From a virus: a stretch of DNA of 64,000 nt. The DNA is taken from IMG/VR virus record IMGVR_UViG_3300042335_000796, positions 27,524 to 91,523 of that record, one strand, 5' to 3'. Under the pieces are notes generated by a model that made no database searches, was not told the origin of the DNA, and saw only the letters and a list, made by a program, of their open reading frames with translations. The translations under genes were made by a program, and so were the position numbers. Of this stretch, positions 20,988-31,553 are shown one piece after another (within the stretch, counting starts at the first letter, position 1; each line of letters begins with the position of its first letter).

Positions 20988-23204
20988 ATGGGATATATAA
21001 TTAAAAATACTTCAGGTTTATTAAATACAAGAATCACAGATATGGGTAGAAAAAAACTATCCGAAGGTAGATTTAATATTAGTTATTTTCAAGTTGGTGA
21101 TAGTGAAATATTATACAATTTAATACCTAATTATAATCAAGCTGATAACTACGTTTTGGAGCCAGCATATAACGCTCAAAATGGGGACCAACAACCTCAA
21201 ACAAATAAAGCTAATATAAAATATCCAATAAAAGTGCAAGGGCCAGTTGTTGTAGTTGCCAGTGATAATACTTATGGAATACCTTTTAGAGATTCTCAAG
21301 TTAGTCCAGTATTCAATACTGCAGCACCAAAAGGATTTTTTAGTGGAAGCCCAAGCGGATACACAGCATATACTTCATCAGCATATACAATCACTTCAAA
21401 TTATATGGTTGAAATGTGTTCATTATGTGGAACTGATATTATGACAATAATTCCAGATTTTTGTTCACCAACAACTGGAACGCCATCAGTAAATGATTTT
21501 GTAACAATATTTTTTGATGCTTCTGGAAGTTGTGGTAATATTGTTGGAGATTTCCCAATATTAACATATAAAGTACAAGGTGTTACAGGAACAACAATTC
21601 AAGTAGACAGAAATCTACCATATTTTAGTGGAATAAGTTGTTGCGGTAATGCCAGAGCAATTTTCTATCCATCAGGTATGACAGTTTTATACGATACTGC
21701 AACACCTCAAGGATATTGGCCACCAAATGTTTTAGATTTTGAAACAATATGTGAAATTAGTGAAATTGATGTTCCAGTCTGGAATATGAATATTCCATGG
21801 TCAGTAAATCCTGCAGGATTATTATCAACTGTAAGTGAAGGATTTCAAAAATTTGGTTCACGAGAGTATTTGGGAACTAAAGAATATTTAGGGTATCAAT
21901 CCATATCAGGTCAAAGTTTTTATGTTACACCTATTTTTACATCAGAAACTACTAACACGTATTTTTATAATTCATTTGATGAACCAATTTTTGTACAACC
22001 TTATGAGCAAAAAACGATAGCAATTGTGCATTTTACAAATAACGCTATTGATACATTTTATGGTGAAAAATTTGCAACTGAACCTTTTGATATTGGTGCA
22101 TTGGACCCAACAGGATTTGCAAGGAATTTTAAAGTAACGATACCTTGGTTAATGTGGCATAAGACAAAAACTGGAATAATGGGTGAAACTTTTTATATTG
22201 ACCCACAAGTCGGTTCTGAAAATTACTTAGATATCAAATATATGAAATCAAGTAGGAATGAAGACATGAATGAACCTGGCTTAAGATATTATCATTTATG
22301 GGATACACATCTTAATGATGATTCCAATCCAAGTAGGGTTGGTAAAGTTTTTCCAGATTTAAAAATTATTGTGTTTGATGATGAAGAAATTGTTGCAGCA
22401 ATGTCATATAAAGCAAATCGAAATTGGACATTACCAGCCCCTAAATTATTTTTGGTAACACCAAATACTTGTGATACAACAGATGATGATTTTGGGTTGC
22501 TTGGTAATAATGATGAATATTTATATGTCACATATAGATTTAATACAACAAGTGGTTTAACAAACTCATTACACTGTAATTATTACGTTAAAATTCAGGG
22601 ACCATCTGAAGATTGTACGACATCAAGACAAGATGTTTCAGTTAAATTTGGTGACGAGTTTTTTTTCCTAAAAGATTGTTGTCCACAAGGGTATAGTGCT
22701 AACGAATTTATGATATTAGCACAAGTTGTTACAGGTTCAACAACTCAACCTGACCCTGAAAACTGGAGAATTATTGATTATACTAACCAATTAAGTGGGT
22801 CGTCAATAAATGGATATATTCAAGCTTCAGGAATGACAGCATCAACATTTACAATATCATACAATCAATATAATAATGCTGGAATATATAATTTGGCCGA
22901 TTATTTAACATTACCTGTACCATTTGGTGAAGAATTTAAATTAAATTTTGGGGATGAATATTATTTTTATGGTAACATTCAAACTGATATTCAAGCAACA
23001 ATTTATGAAATGAAATATTTGTGTAATTTACAACAAACACAATTTTTAACCAGTACAAATCCTACTTGGACATTAAATGATGATATTTATATTACTGAAA
23101 TTGGCTTATTTGACTCTGATAAAGATTTAATGGTAATCACTAAATTACAACAACCTGTAAAGAGACAAGGAACTCAACAGTTTGCTATTAAATTAGATTT
23201 TTAA
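20988..23204 (+). CDS. Baseplate / tail-fibre attachment protein
   Basis: N-terminal ITDMGRKKL...YFQVGDSE and C-terminal ITEIGLFDSDKDLMVITKL resemble tail-collar/fibre attachment domains. Confidence 0.6.
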   Translation: MGYIIKNTSGLLNTRITDMGRKKLSEGRFNISYFQVGDSEILYNLIPNYNQADNYVLEPAYNAQNGDQQPQTNKANIKYPIKVQGPVVVVASDNTYGIPFRDSQVSPVFNTAAPKGFFSGSPSGYTAYTSSAYTITSNYMVEMCSLCGTDIMTIIPDFCSPTTGTPSVNDFVTIFFDASGSCGNIVGDFPILTYKVQGVTGTTIQVDRNLPYFSGISCCGNARAIFYPSGMTVLYDTATPQGYWPPNVLDFETICEISEIDVPVWNMNIPWSVNPAGLLSTVSEGFQKFGSREYLGTKEYLGYQSISGQSFYVTPIFTSETTNTYFYNSFDEPIFVQPYEQKTIAIVHFTNNAIDTFYGEKFATEPFDIGALDPTGFARNFKVTIPWLMWHKTKTGIMGETFYIDPQVGSENYLDIKYMKSSRNEDMNEPGLRYYHLWDTHLNDDSNPSRVGKVFPDLKIIVFDDEEIVAAMSYKANRNWTLPAPKLFLVTPNTCDTTDDDFGLLGNNDEYLYVTYRFNTTSGLTNSLHCNYYVKIQGPSEDCTTSRQDVSVKFGDEFFFLKDCCPQGYSANEFMILAQVVTGSTTQPDPENWRIIDYTNQLSGSSINGYIQASGMTASTFTISYNQYNNAGIYNLADYLTLPVPFGEEFKLNFGDEYYFYGNIQTDIQATIYEMKYLCNLQQTQFLTSTNPTWTLNDDIYITEIGLFDSDKDLMVITKLQQPVKRQGTQQFAIKLDF

Positions 23205-23244
23205 AATATTTACTAAAGAATTTTATTTTTTATATTAAATATAA

Positions 23245-23844
23245 ATGAAACTAAAATTAAAAAACAATCCTAAAATATTGGGGCTTGATGTTTCAACAAC
23301 AACAATAGGTTGGGCTTTATTTGATGTTGTTACTCAAGAACTATTAGAATTAACACATATTTCGCCAAAATCCAAACCAAAGAAAGAAAATAAGATGGAA
23401 GAGCTTTTGGTTAAGGCTAAAATGTTTAGGACAAAATTGGAAGAATATAAAAATCTTGGGATTACATATATTGTAATTGAAGAGCCGTTATTACAATCAA
23501 ATAACATTTATACTGTTGGTACCTTGTTAAGGTATAATACTCTAATTATGAAAGAGTGTTATGATGTCTTAGGTATAATACCAGATTTTATATCTACATA
23601 TAACTCAAGGAAATTTGCATTTCCAGAATTGGTTCAAAAAAATGATAAAGGTAAATTTGTATTGTTTGGCGGATTACCAAAAAATATTGATAAAAAACAT
23701 ATAATTTGGGAGAAAGTTGCACAAAGGGAACCACAAATAACTTGGTTATATACAAAAAATAATACATTAAAAAAAGAAAATTATGATTCAACTGATGCAT
23801 ATTCTGCAGCACTTGGCTACATGAAAAGTAAAAATATTTGGTAA
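23245..23844 (+). CDS. RuvC-like Holliday junction resolvase
   Basis: ILGLDVSTTTIGWA, IVIEEP and C-terminal DSTDA acidic residues; 199 aa. Confidence 0.8.
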   Translation: MKLKLKNNPKILGLDVSTTTIGWALFDVVTQELLELTHISPKSKPKKENKMEELLVKAKMFRTKLEEYKNLGITYIVIEEPLLQSNNIYTVGTLLRYNTLIMKECYDVLGIIPDFISTYNSRKFAFPELVQKNDKGKFVLFGGLPKNIDKKHIIWEKVAQREPQITWLYTKNNTLKKENYDSTDAYSAALGYMKSKNIW

Positions 23845-23873
23845 TTTGATTTTATTTACCTAATATTGTAGTT

Positions 23874-24767
23874 GTGAATGAAAATGAGTCTATTATTGAG
23901 ATACTAAATGAATTTCTTGGCGAACCAAAACATGTAAATGATTATCAAACACAAATTCAGTATAATTGTCCAATTTGTGATGACGGTAGAAAAAAAGGTA
24001 ATCTTGAAGTTAATATAGAAGAAGAAGTCTTTCATTGTTGGTCATGCGGAGATGAAAATGGTACTCATGGTGTAATATCGAAATTATTCGATATGTTTGG
24101 TAATAAAAAATTAAAAAAGTTATATAATTTAATTAAACCTGAAGATAAAAAACCTATAAAGCGTGAAAAGAAAGCTTTACAATATCCTGAAGGATATATT
24201 AAATTTTCAGAGTCTAATCCAAGATATCCTATACATAATGAAGCATTAAATTATTTATACCGTCGTGGAGTAACTGACGAAATTATAAATAAATATGATA
24301 TTGGATATACTGCATTAGGTAAATATATGTATCGAATAATAATACCATCATATGATTCAAAAAATAAATTAAACTATTTTATCGCAAGAGCCTGGGGTAA
24401 AACAAAGTTTAAATATTTAAATCCTGACGCTGAAAAAGATTTAATAATCTTTAATGAAAATAAGATTGATTGGGATAAAGATATATATATTGTTGAAGGG
24501 GTATTTGATTCAATTTTTATTGAAAATTCTATACCTTTATTAGGTAAACATTTATCTGAATTATTATTTAATACCTTATATAATAAAGCAAATGGAAATA
24601 TTCATATTTGTTTAGATGGTGATGCATATAAAGATGCTTTATTAATATATCATACCATAAATGGTGGTAGATTATATGGAAAAGTTGTTTTATATAAATT
24701 TCCAAAAGATAAAGATGTTTGTGATTTAAAAGGTGATATTAGCAGATATAAAATAATAATACTATGA
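23874..24767 (+). CDS. DNA primase (zinc finger + TOPRIM)
   Basis: CPIC...FHCWSC zinc finger, RIIIP, IVEGVFD, CLDGD. Confidence 0.85.
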   Translation: MNENESIIEILNEFLGEPKHVNDYQTQIQYNCPICDDGRKKGNLEVNIEEEVFHCWSCGDENGTHGVISKLFDMFGNKKLKKLYNLIKPEDKKPIKREKKALQYPEGYIKFSESNPRYPIHNEALNYLYRRGVTDEIINKYDIGYTALGKYMYRIIIPSYDSKNKLNYFIARAWGKTKFKYLNPDAEKDLIIFNENKIDWDKDIYIVEGVFDSIFIENSIPLLGKHLSELLFNTLYNKANGNIHICLDGDAYKDALLIYHTINGGRLYGKVVLYKFPKDKDVCDLKGDISRYKIIIL

Positions 24768-25627
24768 AATTAACAAAAATTGCACAAGAAATTAGAGAAA
24801 TAATTCGAGACAAACAACTTGAATATAATTTAACGTTTGATGAGGAAACTCACACATATACGATGAAAGATATTGAAGGTAATATTAGAAGTGATTGGTA
24901 TTCAGTGTCTAAAGTTCTTAAGTTTTTTTACGAAGAGTTTGATTCATATAGCATATCACTCAAAAAGGCAAATGGTAATATATTTGAACAAGAAAAATTA
25001 TTAAAGGAATGGGGTGATGCTGGAACATATAGTACACAAATGGGGTCAAGAACTCATTATATTTTAGAAAACCGTGCTTTGGAATTATTTAAACTAAATA
25101 AAAATGTTAGACAACCAATATATGATTGTAATGAAGAACAAATACTAAAAAGCGATTCTATGGTATATTCTGGAATTAAGTATTTAAATCTAATGAAAGA
25201 ACGTGGGGCTGAATTAATTGACACCGAAATGGTTCTCGGAAGCCCACATTTATGTTATACAGGTCAACCTGATAAATTATGGTTGATACCTAATGCTGAA
25301 AAAACTGAATATGGTGTTGTAATTACTGATTGGAAGACAAATAAACCTAAAAATTTTGAGGTTAATAGGTGGACAAAATCGATGTATAAACCATTTAACA
25401 AATATCCAAACAATGCTTTAGGTCATTATTATTTACAATTACCATTTTATGTTAAACTTTTTATTAAAATGTTGGAAAACACTAAATATTCTAATCTAAA
25501 GTTTTATGGTGGTGTTGTAGTATTATTAAAGGAAGATAAAACTTATAAAGAATACAAAGTTCCTAAAGATATTATAACAACAGTAATGAATTTAAATATT
25601 CAAGATTATTTGATAATTAATAAATAA
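24764..25627 (+). CDS. PD-(D/E)XK exonuclease
   Basis: GSRTHYILE, GQPDKL, ITDWKT and HYYLQL motifs. Confidence 0.75.
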   Translation: MKLTKIAQEIREIIRDKQLEYNLTFDEETHTYTMKDIEGNIRSDWYSVSKVLKFFYEEFDSYSISLKKANGNIFEQEKLLKEWGDAGTYSTQMGSRTHYILENRALELFKLNKNVRQPIYDCNEEQILKSDSMVYSGIKYLNLMKERGAELIDTEMVLGSPHLCYTGQPDKLWLIPNAEKTEYGVVITDWKTNKPKNFEVNRWTKSMYKPFNKYPNNALGHYYLQLPFYVKLFIKMLENTKYSNLKFYGGVVVLLKEDKTYKEYKVPKDIITTVMNLNIQDYLIINK

Positions 25628-25645
25628 AAGCTTATTATTATAAAT

Positions 25646-25867
25646 ATGGATAAAGACTTAAGACCAAAAATTGACCTAAAAGAACAGCCAACAGTAAAAT
25701 GTGAATTTTGTGGCTCAAGTTACTTCAAAGAAGTAACCATGTTAAAAAAAGTATCAAAGATTTTAACAGGAAGCTCTGAAGACACATATGTACCTTTTAG
25801 TGTGTACATGTGTAATAGTTGTAATTATGTGAACTCGGATTTTAAAGTTTTTGGGGATGATAACTAA
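25646..25867 (+). CDS. Small zinc-ribbon protein
   Basis: CEFCG...CNSC. Confidence 0.6.
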   Translation: MDKDLRPKIDLKEQPTVKCEFCGSSYFKEVTMLKKVSKILTGSSEDTYVPFSVYMCNSCNYVNSDFKVFGDDN

Positions 25868-26642
25868 TATTGTACATTTTTCCGACCTACACATTAGAAT
25901 ATTTAAGTATCATGAATTATATCGTGATATTTTGAAAAAAATGTTTACTGAATTTAGGAAAATTAATCCTGATAGGATTGTTTTTACTGGAGATTTGGTA
26001 CATTCTAAAAACCAATTAAGCCCTGAATTAGTTGAAATGGTTATATGGACTTTAAGTGAGAGTTCAAAGATTGCTAAAACAATTCTTATTAGCGGTAATC
26101 ATGATTTTCTAAATTCAAATCTTGAAAGACTTGATACATTATCACCAATTATCTCAGCATTAAACAATGATAATATTGTTTATTATAAAGATAGAGGGGT
26201 TTATGAGGATGAAAATGTTTCTTGGTGTGTTTATTCACAATTTCAGGGTAATGTTCCACCAGATATTAAAGACGCAAAAGGTTTTAAAATTGGTTTATTT
26301 CATGACCCAATTCAAGGATTAAAAACTGATTTGGGGTTTGATTTTGGTGAACATGCATATGATATTGAAAAATTTGATGGTCTTGATATTGTTTTATGTG
26401 GTGATATACATAAACGAGCCACATTTAAAATACCAAATGGTAAACTTGGAGTGATGATTGGGTCAACAATACAACAAAATTTTGGTGAGTCAGTTAAAAA
26501 TCACGGATTTGGTGTGTTTAATATACCGAATTATAAATATGAGTTTGTTGATATTGATAATCCAAGACCTTTTCTATCATTTAAAATTAATGGAATAAAA
26601 GATATTGAGAATGGAACAGAAAAACTTGTCAATCTCGGATAA
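25857..26642 (+). CDS. SbcD/Mre11/gp47-like metallophosphoesterase nuclease
   Basis: SDLH, TGDLVH, GNHD, GDIHK and QQNFGE motifs. Confidence 0.9.
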   Translation: MITNIVHFSDLHIRIFKYHELYRDILKKMFTEFRKINPDRIVFTGDLVHSKNQLSPELVEMVIWTLSESSKIAKTILISGNHDFLNSNLERLDTLSPIISALNNDNIVYYKDRGVYEDENVSWCVYSQFQGNVPPDIKDAKGFKIGLFHDPIQGLKTDLGFDFGEHAYDIEKFDGLDIVLCGDIHKRATFKIPNGKLGVMIGSTIQQNFGESVKNHGFGVFNIPNYKYEFVDIDNPRPFLSFKINGIKDIENGTEKLVNLG

Positions 26643-26949
26643 TGAAATAGTAAATGATGTTCTTCAATATGTTTTATTAAATGATATTAAAGATATTGAT
26701 TCATTTACATTGACATGTTTTAAAAATGGATATTTTATCCAAAAATATGGACTATTAAATGAGGAAGCTTCAATAAATATTAAATCAGAAGATAATAAAG
26801 AATTACAAAATAAAATAAACATGTTAACAGAAACAATTCAGCATTTAAAACGTGAAGTTTTAAATAAAGATAATGTTATAAAAGAACAACAAAACAAAAT
26901 AGATAATTTAAGTCAAATTATTTCAAATAAATTATTAAAATTCACATAA
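26611..26949 (+). CDS. Hypothetical protein with C-terminal coiled coil
   Basis: ORF coupled to its neighbours. Confidence 0.5.
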   Translation: MEQKNLSISDNEIVNDVLQYVLLNDIKDIDSFTLTCFKNGYFIQKYGLLNEEASINIKSEDNKELQNKINMLTETIQHLKREVLNKDNVIKEQQNKIDNLSQIISNKLLKFT

Positions 26950-26951
26950 AA

Positions 26952-27290
26952 ATGGAAAAATTTATAATATGGTCAATTATGCTTTATGGAATCAGTAATA
27001 TACTTGTTTACGGTTCTATATTAAATAGCTTTAGAAATTTTATTGAAAAAATTGGAAATTCTACTATATTAATTATAAGTCCAATTTTTAAGTTTATCAG
27101 AGAAATGCTTAAATGTATGATGTGTACACCTTTTCATTTAGGTTATTTGTCAACTTTTTTTATTTATTCGCCAACATTTGAATATTTTTCATTACCTTTG
27201 TACTATTCTTGGATATTAGATGCTGGGATAGCTTCAGGGGTTGTTTGGGGGATAAATTCAATAATAGAATGGTTTGAAAATAAACATTAA
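26952..27290 (+). CDS. Small membrane protein with CxxC (DUF1360-like)
   Basis: Hydrophobic segments and LKCMMCTPF. Confidence 0.5.
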   Translation: MEKFIIWSIMLYGISNILVYGSILNSFRNFIEKIGNSTILIISPIFKFIREMLKCMMCTPFHLGYLSTFFIYSPTFEYFSLPLYYSWILDAGIASGVVWGINSIIEWFENKH

Positions 27291-27307
27291 TTTAATATAT
27301 ACATAAC

Positions 27308-27544
27308 ATGCCAAAATCAAGAAAACGCGGTGGTGACAAAGTTCACAGAAGAAGAGTTCAAAATAGAAATAAAAATATCGACACAATGATGAAAACCCAA
27401 CAAAAATTATTTGAACGAGCAATGCTTGAACAAATAAATAAAGTAAGAAACTCAAGTGGTGACACATCAAATGATATAACCACAAGTCAAAATATTAAGT
27501 TAAATACTGAGGGTTTTAACACAAATCTTGCAACAGATTTATGA
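27308..27544 (+). CDS. Small protein with a basic N-terminus
   Basis: MPKSRKRGGDKVHRRRVQNR. Confidence 0.55.
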   Translation: MPKSRKRGGDKVHRRRVQNRNKNIDTMMKTQQKLFERAMLEQINKVRNSSGDTSNDITTSQNIKLNTEGFNTNLATDL

Positions 27545-29868
27545 TAGATATTGATAAATTAGATAATCCATACGTCCAGGTAATTTGGGAAGATTATTCT
27601 GAAAATTTTACACAAGAACAAATTAAAAGTGTAAAACAATATTTTCAAAATAAATACAACACAAATAATGTTAATGTAATATCTAAAATTAAAAATGATA
27701 TTATTAATGAAACTCAGCAAACTGTTGATGTTTCAATTAACATTATGGATAAAAACTATCAAAAAGAATTAATTAAAAATTATTTAGTTAGTAAAAATTT
27801 TGATAGTTACCAAGAAGATATTATAAAATTAGATAATGAAGTTGAAAACAAAATTGCAGCATCAACAGATGATGTATCAGCATTTAAAAAATGGTATATC
27901 AAAAGAATTGAGTTTTCAAATTTCTTATCATATGGGGATAATCAAGTTTTAGATTTTACAAAATGTAATGGTTTAACTGTTATTAAATCAACACCAGAGA
28001 ATTTTGGAGGAAAAACCGTAATATCTACAGATTTATTGTTGTTTTTATTTTTTAACACAACAACTAAAACATCAAAGGTTGAAGATGTGTTTAATAAATT
28101 TACAGAAAAAGATTATGTTAGAGTAAAAGGTGAAATTACAATTGATGGTGAAGATTATGTAATTGAAAGAAACTTAGAAAGGAAAAAAAGTAAATCTGGA
28201 GATTATAACATAAAAACTTATTTAGAGTTTTTCAAAAAATTACCAAATGGTGAATTACAAAATTTTACAGGTGAACAAAGAAAAGAAACAGAAAATTTCA
28301 TCAAAAATTCAATTGGTGAACAAAATGATTTCTTAATGACAATTTTGACCACAGCTTCAAATCTTGAAGAGCTTTTAGAATCAAAACCAACAACGAGGGG
28401 TCAAATTCTTTCAAGATTTTTGGGTCTTGAGTTCTTAAAGAAAAAGGAAGAAGTTGGTAAAGAATTTTATTCTGAGTTTTCAAAAAGTATGTTATCAAAT
28501 ATATACAATATTGAACAACTTAAACAGGAAATTGAAAATAATCTTGATAAGATATCTGAATATCAAGCTGAAATTAATCAAGCAAAGGTTGTAATTGAAG
28601 ATATTACTGAAAAACTAACTACAGGTAAAGATTATAAGGATAATCTTCTTAAAATGAAGTATAACGATATTGACAAAGATTTGTTAATATTGAACCCTGA
28701 ACATATCAAAAAAGAGATTGATAGTATAAAATATCAGCTTGATAATTCAATACGTGAGCTTGAAAGTTTTGAATTAATTGAGCCTTCAGAATTTTACAAT
28801 GAAGATATTCACGATAAAATTAAGTCAGATATAAATGAGGTTTATAGAAATATTGTTGATGTTGAATCAAAAATAAAAGATATTAAAACTTTACAAAATT
28901 CTGTCAGTGGTGGTGTTAAATGCGAACATTGTGGAATTGATTTAATTAACGCAGCTATAACGCAATCTAAAATTTCAAATTTAGAATCTTTAACAATAAA
29001 TCATGAGGAATTAAAATCTAAAATGGATGAATTATCGGCAAAAGATAATGAGTTTTTAAAGATTAAGAGAGATTTCGATAAATATGAAAAAGATAAACTA
29101 ATTAAAGTCCGTTTAGAATTAAATGTTGAAAGTAATAATTTAAAATATTTAAAAAATGTTGAATTATTAAATCGGTATAATGATGTACAAGATAAAATTT
29201 CTAAAAATAAAGAAATTGAGGCTAAATTAATTAAGGCAAACCTTAGAATTGATGAATTAGAGCGTGATAAAAAGTCTAAAGAGTCAATTATTACCAGTAA
29301 TCAAGTCATGATTAAAAATATTCAAGAAAAGAATGTTAAAAACAATGACTATATTATTAAAATAGGTAAAGAAAACGAGAGGGAAAAAATATATAAAATA
29401 TATTCAGAAATTTTTGGTAAAAATGGTATTACTAAAAATATTATGAAAACTATGATGCCATTAATTAATTCAGAACTTCAGCGTTTATTACAAGATAGTG
29501 CATATTTCAAACTTGAAATCAGAATTTCAGATAAAAATGAAGTAGAATTTTGGATGATAGACAATTCAACGGGCGTTGAAAAACTAATGATTTCTGGGTC
29601 AGGATACGAAAAAACTATAGCATCATTAGCATTGAGGGCTGTTCTTAGTAAAGTTTGTTCACTACCTAAACCAAATATTATTGTAATGGATGAAGTTTTT
29701 GGTAAAATATCAAACGAAAATCTTGAAATGGTTGGTGAGTTCTTTGTAAAAATAAAAGAATATTTTGAAAAAGTTTTCGTAATCTCCCATAATCCGCTTG
29801 TAAACAATTGGGCTGATAGTATTATCAGCATTGAAAAAATTGATAATATTAGTTGTGTTACTCAATAA
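27541..29868 (+). CDS. SbcC/Rad50/gp46-like SMC ATPase
   Basis: IEFSNFLSYG, variant Walker A PENFGGKT, coiled coils with CEHC zinc hook, signature SGSGYEK, Walker B IVMDEVFG, ISHN. Confidence 0.9.
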   Translation: MIDIDKLDNPYVQVIWEDYSENFTQEQIKSVKQYFQNKYNTNNVNVISKIKNDIINETQQTVDVSINIMDKNYQKELIKNYLVSKNFDSYQEDIIKLDNEVENKIAASTDDVSAFKKWYIKRIEFSNFLSYGDNQVLDFTKCNGLTVIKSTPENFGGKTVISTDLLLFLFFNTTTKTSKVEDVFNKFTEKDYVRVKGEITIDGEDYVIERNLERKKSKSGDYNIKTYLEFFKKLPNGELQNFTGEQRKETENFIKNSIGEQNDFLMTILTTASNLEELLESKPTTRGQILSRFLGLEFLKKKEEVGKEFYSEFSKSMLSNIYNIEQLKQEIENNLDKISEYQAEINQAKVVIEDITEKLTTGKDYKDNLLKMKYNDIDKDLLILNPEHIKKEIDSIKYQLDNSIRELESFELIEPSEFYNEDIHDKIKSDINEVYRNIVDVESKIKDIKTLQNSVSGGVKCEHCGIDLINAAITQSKISNLESLTINHEELKSKMDELSAKDNEFLKIKRDFDKYEKDKLIKVRLELNVESNNLKYLKNVELLNRYNDVQDKISKNKEIEAKLIKANLRIDELERDKKSKESIITSNQVMIKNIQEKNVKNNDYIIKIGKENEREKIYKIYSEIFGKNGITKNIMKTMMPLINSELQRLLQDSAYFKLEIRISDKNEVEFWMIDNSTGVEKLMISGSGYEKTIASLALRAVLSKVCSLPKPNIIVMDEVFGKISNENLEMVGEFFVKIKEYFEKVFVISHNPLVNNWADSIISIEKIDNISCVTQ

Positions 29869-29891
29869 AATGTGCTAATTTTGCCACATAT

Positions 29892-30446
29892 ATGATAAAT
29901 TCAAATATTAATAATAAGTATCTACTATTTGTATTCGGAGACTTTAACCAACCAACAGCCAAATTTATTGCTGATTTTATAATAGATTTAAACAAAATAA
30001 CTGTTACTAAATTTTATAAATTAAATTATGGATATGTTTACAATTTTTCATCATTAATTGATTTTAATGAGTTAAAAAGAATGGTAAATATATCTTTTAA
30101 AGAACAAAAAATTAGTAATACATTTTTTCTAATTCAAACTAATAATTCAATACATGTTGAAATTCCTGAAGATTTTAATTTCTTAGAGCTTGAGAATATA
30201 AATTGTGAAGATGTTGAATCAGATTATGAAATATCTTATAAATTTACATATGATTTTTGCAATGATGATGAGGATGATGAGGATGATGAGGATGATGAAG
30301 ATATTGTTAGAATGATTAAATCATTTAGTGAAAAATCTAAAAGTCGTATAAATTTAGATGATATTTTAGATAAAATTTCAGAATTTGGAATAAATTCCTT
30401 AAATAAATTTGAATTAGACTATTTAAATGATTATAAAAACAAATGA
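29892..30446 (+). CDS. Hypothetical protein with an acidic tract and a DUF6576-like C-terminus
   Basis: ATG 29892 follows TAATTTTG (29876-29883). Contains a (DDE)n tract and LDDILDKISEFGINSLNKFE. Confidence 0.55.
   Translation: MINSNINNKYLLFVFGDFNQPTAKFIADFIIDLNKITVTKFYKLNYGYVYNFSSLIDFNELKRMVNISFKEQKISNTFFLIQTNNSIHVEIPEDFNFLELENINCEDVESDYEISYKFTYDFCNDDEDDEDDEDDEDIVRMIKSFSEKSKSRINLDDILDKISEFGINSLNKFELDYLNDYKNK
30264..30302 (+). repeat. 9-bp tandem repeat encoding an acidic tract
   Basis: (GATGATGAG)x3 followed by GATGATGAAGAT. Confidence 0.85.
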
Positions 30447-31264
30447 AAAATTCTAATAATTACACGAAGAGTACTTCAACCCAAATATCATTTAATCAGA
30501 AAGATATTTATACATATCTCAAAGATTTAAGAAAAATTAATGTTTTAAATCCTGAAAGGGAAAAAGAACTTGCAAATATAATGAATTCAGATTCTGTTAC
30601 TGAAAAGCAAAAACTTGAAGTTGAAAGAGAGCTTGTTGAGGGTAACTTACGATTTGTTATTACTATAGCTAAACAGTATCAAAATCAAGGATTGGAGTTA
30701 TCAGATTTAATAGCAGAGGGTAACCTGGGATTAATTAAAGCTATTAAAAACTTTGATTGGTCTAAAGATATTAGATTTATTTCTTATGCTGTATGGTGGA
30801 TTAAACAGTCAATTTTGCAATGTTTAAGTGAGCATTCAAGGATAATTAGATTACCTGTCAATATTGTTCAAGAAATGCAAAGAGAAAAAAGAAAAGTTGA
30901 CTCTGGAGATTCAGAAGAATCTGAAAAATTTGCAATGTTGCCAACAGTAACGTATCTTGAAAATACTATTAATGAAGAGGGTGATAGTTTGATTGATTTA
31001 ATTGTTAATGATAATGCAACATTGCCTGATAATAGTTTTAATAGTAGTGAAGAACTACATAAAAAAATGTTATCAATATTGAATGTTTTAGATAGTCGGG
31101 AACGTATAATTATCGAAGATTATTTCGGATTATCTGGCAATACTAAAACTCTGGAAGATATTGGGGAAGACCTTGATTTAACAAAAGAACGTGTTAGACA
31201 AATTAAAGAAAAAGCACTCAGAAAATTAAGAAATGAGTCAGAATTTTTATTTGATTATATTTAA
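30443..31264 (+). CDS. RNA polymerase sigma-70 factor, RpoD/SigA-like, lacking region 1.1
   Basis: NLRFVITIAKQYQNQG, DLIAEGNLGLIKA, FISYAVWWIKQSI, RIIRLP and TLEDIG...LTKERVRQIKEKALRKL. Confidence 0.92.
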   Translation: MKNSNNYTKSTSTQISFNQKDIYTYLKDLRKINVLNPEREKELANIMNSDSVTEKQKLEVERELVEGNLRFVITIAKQYQNQGLELSDLIAEGNLGLIKAIKNFDWSKDIRFISYAVWWIKQSILQCLSEHSRIIRLPVNIVQEMQREKRKVDSGDSEESEKFAMLPTVTYLENTINEEGDSLIDLIVNDNATLPDNSFNSSEELHKKMLSILNVLDSRERIIIEDYFGLSGNTKTLEDIGEDLDLTKERVRQIKEKALRKLRNESEFLFDYI

Positions 31265-31268
31265 TATT

Positions 31269-31553
31269 ATGAAAACAATTATAAAAAACAACATCTTAAC
31301 AATTGCATTAACAATTTCATTATTATCTTTTTTTAAAAGTTGCTCAGATTCCAGGCACTTGTCAAAAATTGAAAAAGATATTAAATCAATAAAAGATTCA
31401 GCATATACTAAAACAGAATTTCAAAAAGAGTTAGAAATAATGGGCCTTGAAGCTGAACATCGAATGATTGAATCAACAGATAGAAAGATGCTTGATTTAA
31501 CAAGACAAGATTCTATTAGAAAAGCTATAAAAGAACTTAAGAGTCAAAGATGA
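31269..31553 (+). CDS. Small membrane-anchored protein
   Basis: N-terminal hydrophobic helix ending FKSC. Confidence 0.5.
   Translation: MKTIIKNNILTIALTISLLSFFKSCSDSRHLSKIEKDIKSIKDSAYTKTEFQKELEIMGLEAEHRMIESTDRKMLDLTRQDSIRKAIKELKSQR

Noticed and set aside
23245-25627. RuvC-like and PD-(D/E)XK genes as the missing Cas effector or Cas4
   Set aside because: The RuvC protein is a 199-aa resolvase type without TnpB zinc finger or REC/WED regions. The nuclease lacks the Cas4 Fe-S cysteine cluster. Both sit in the replication module, over 22 kb from the array.
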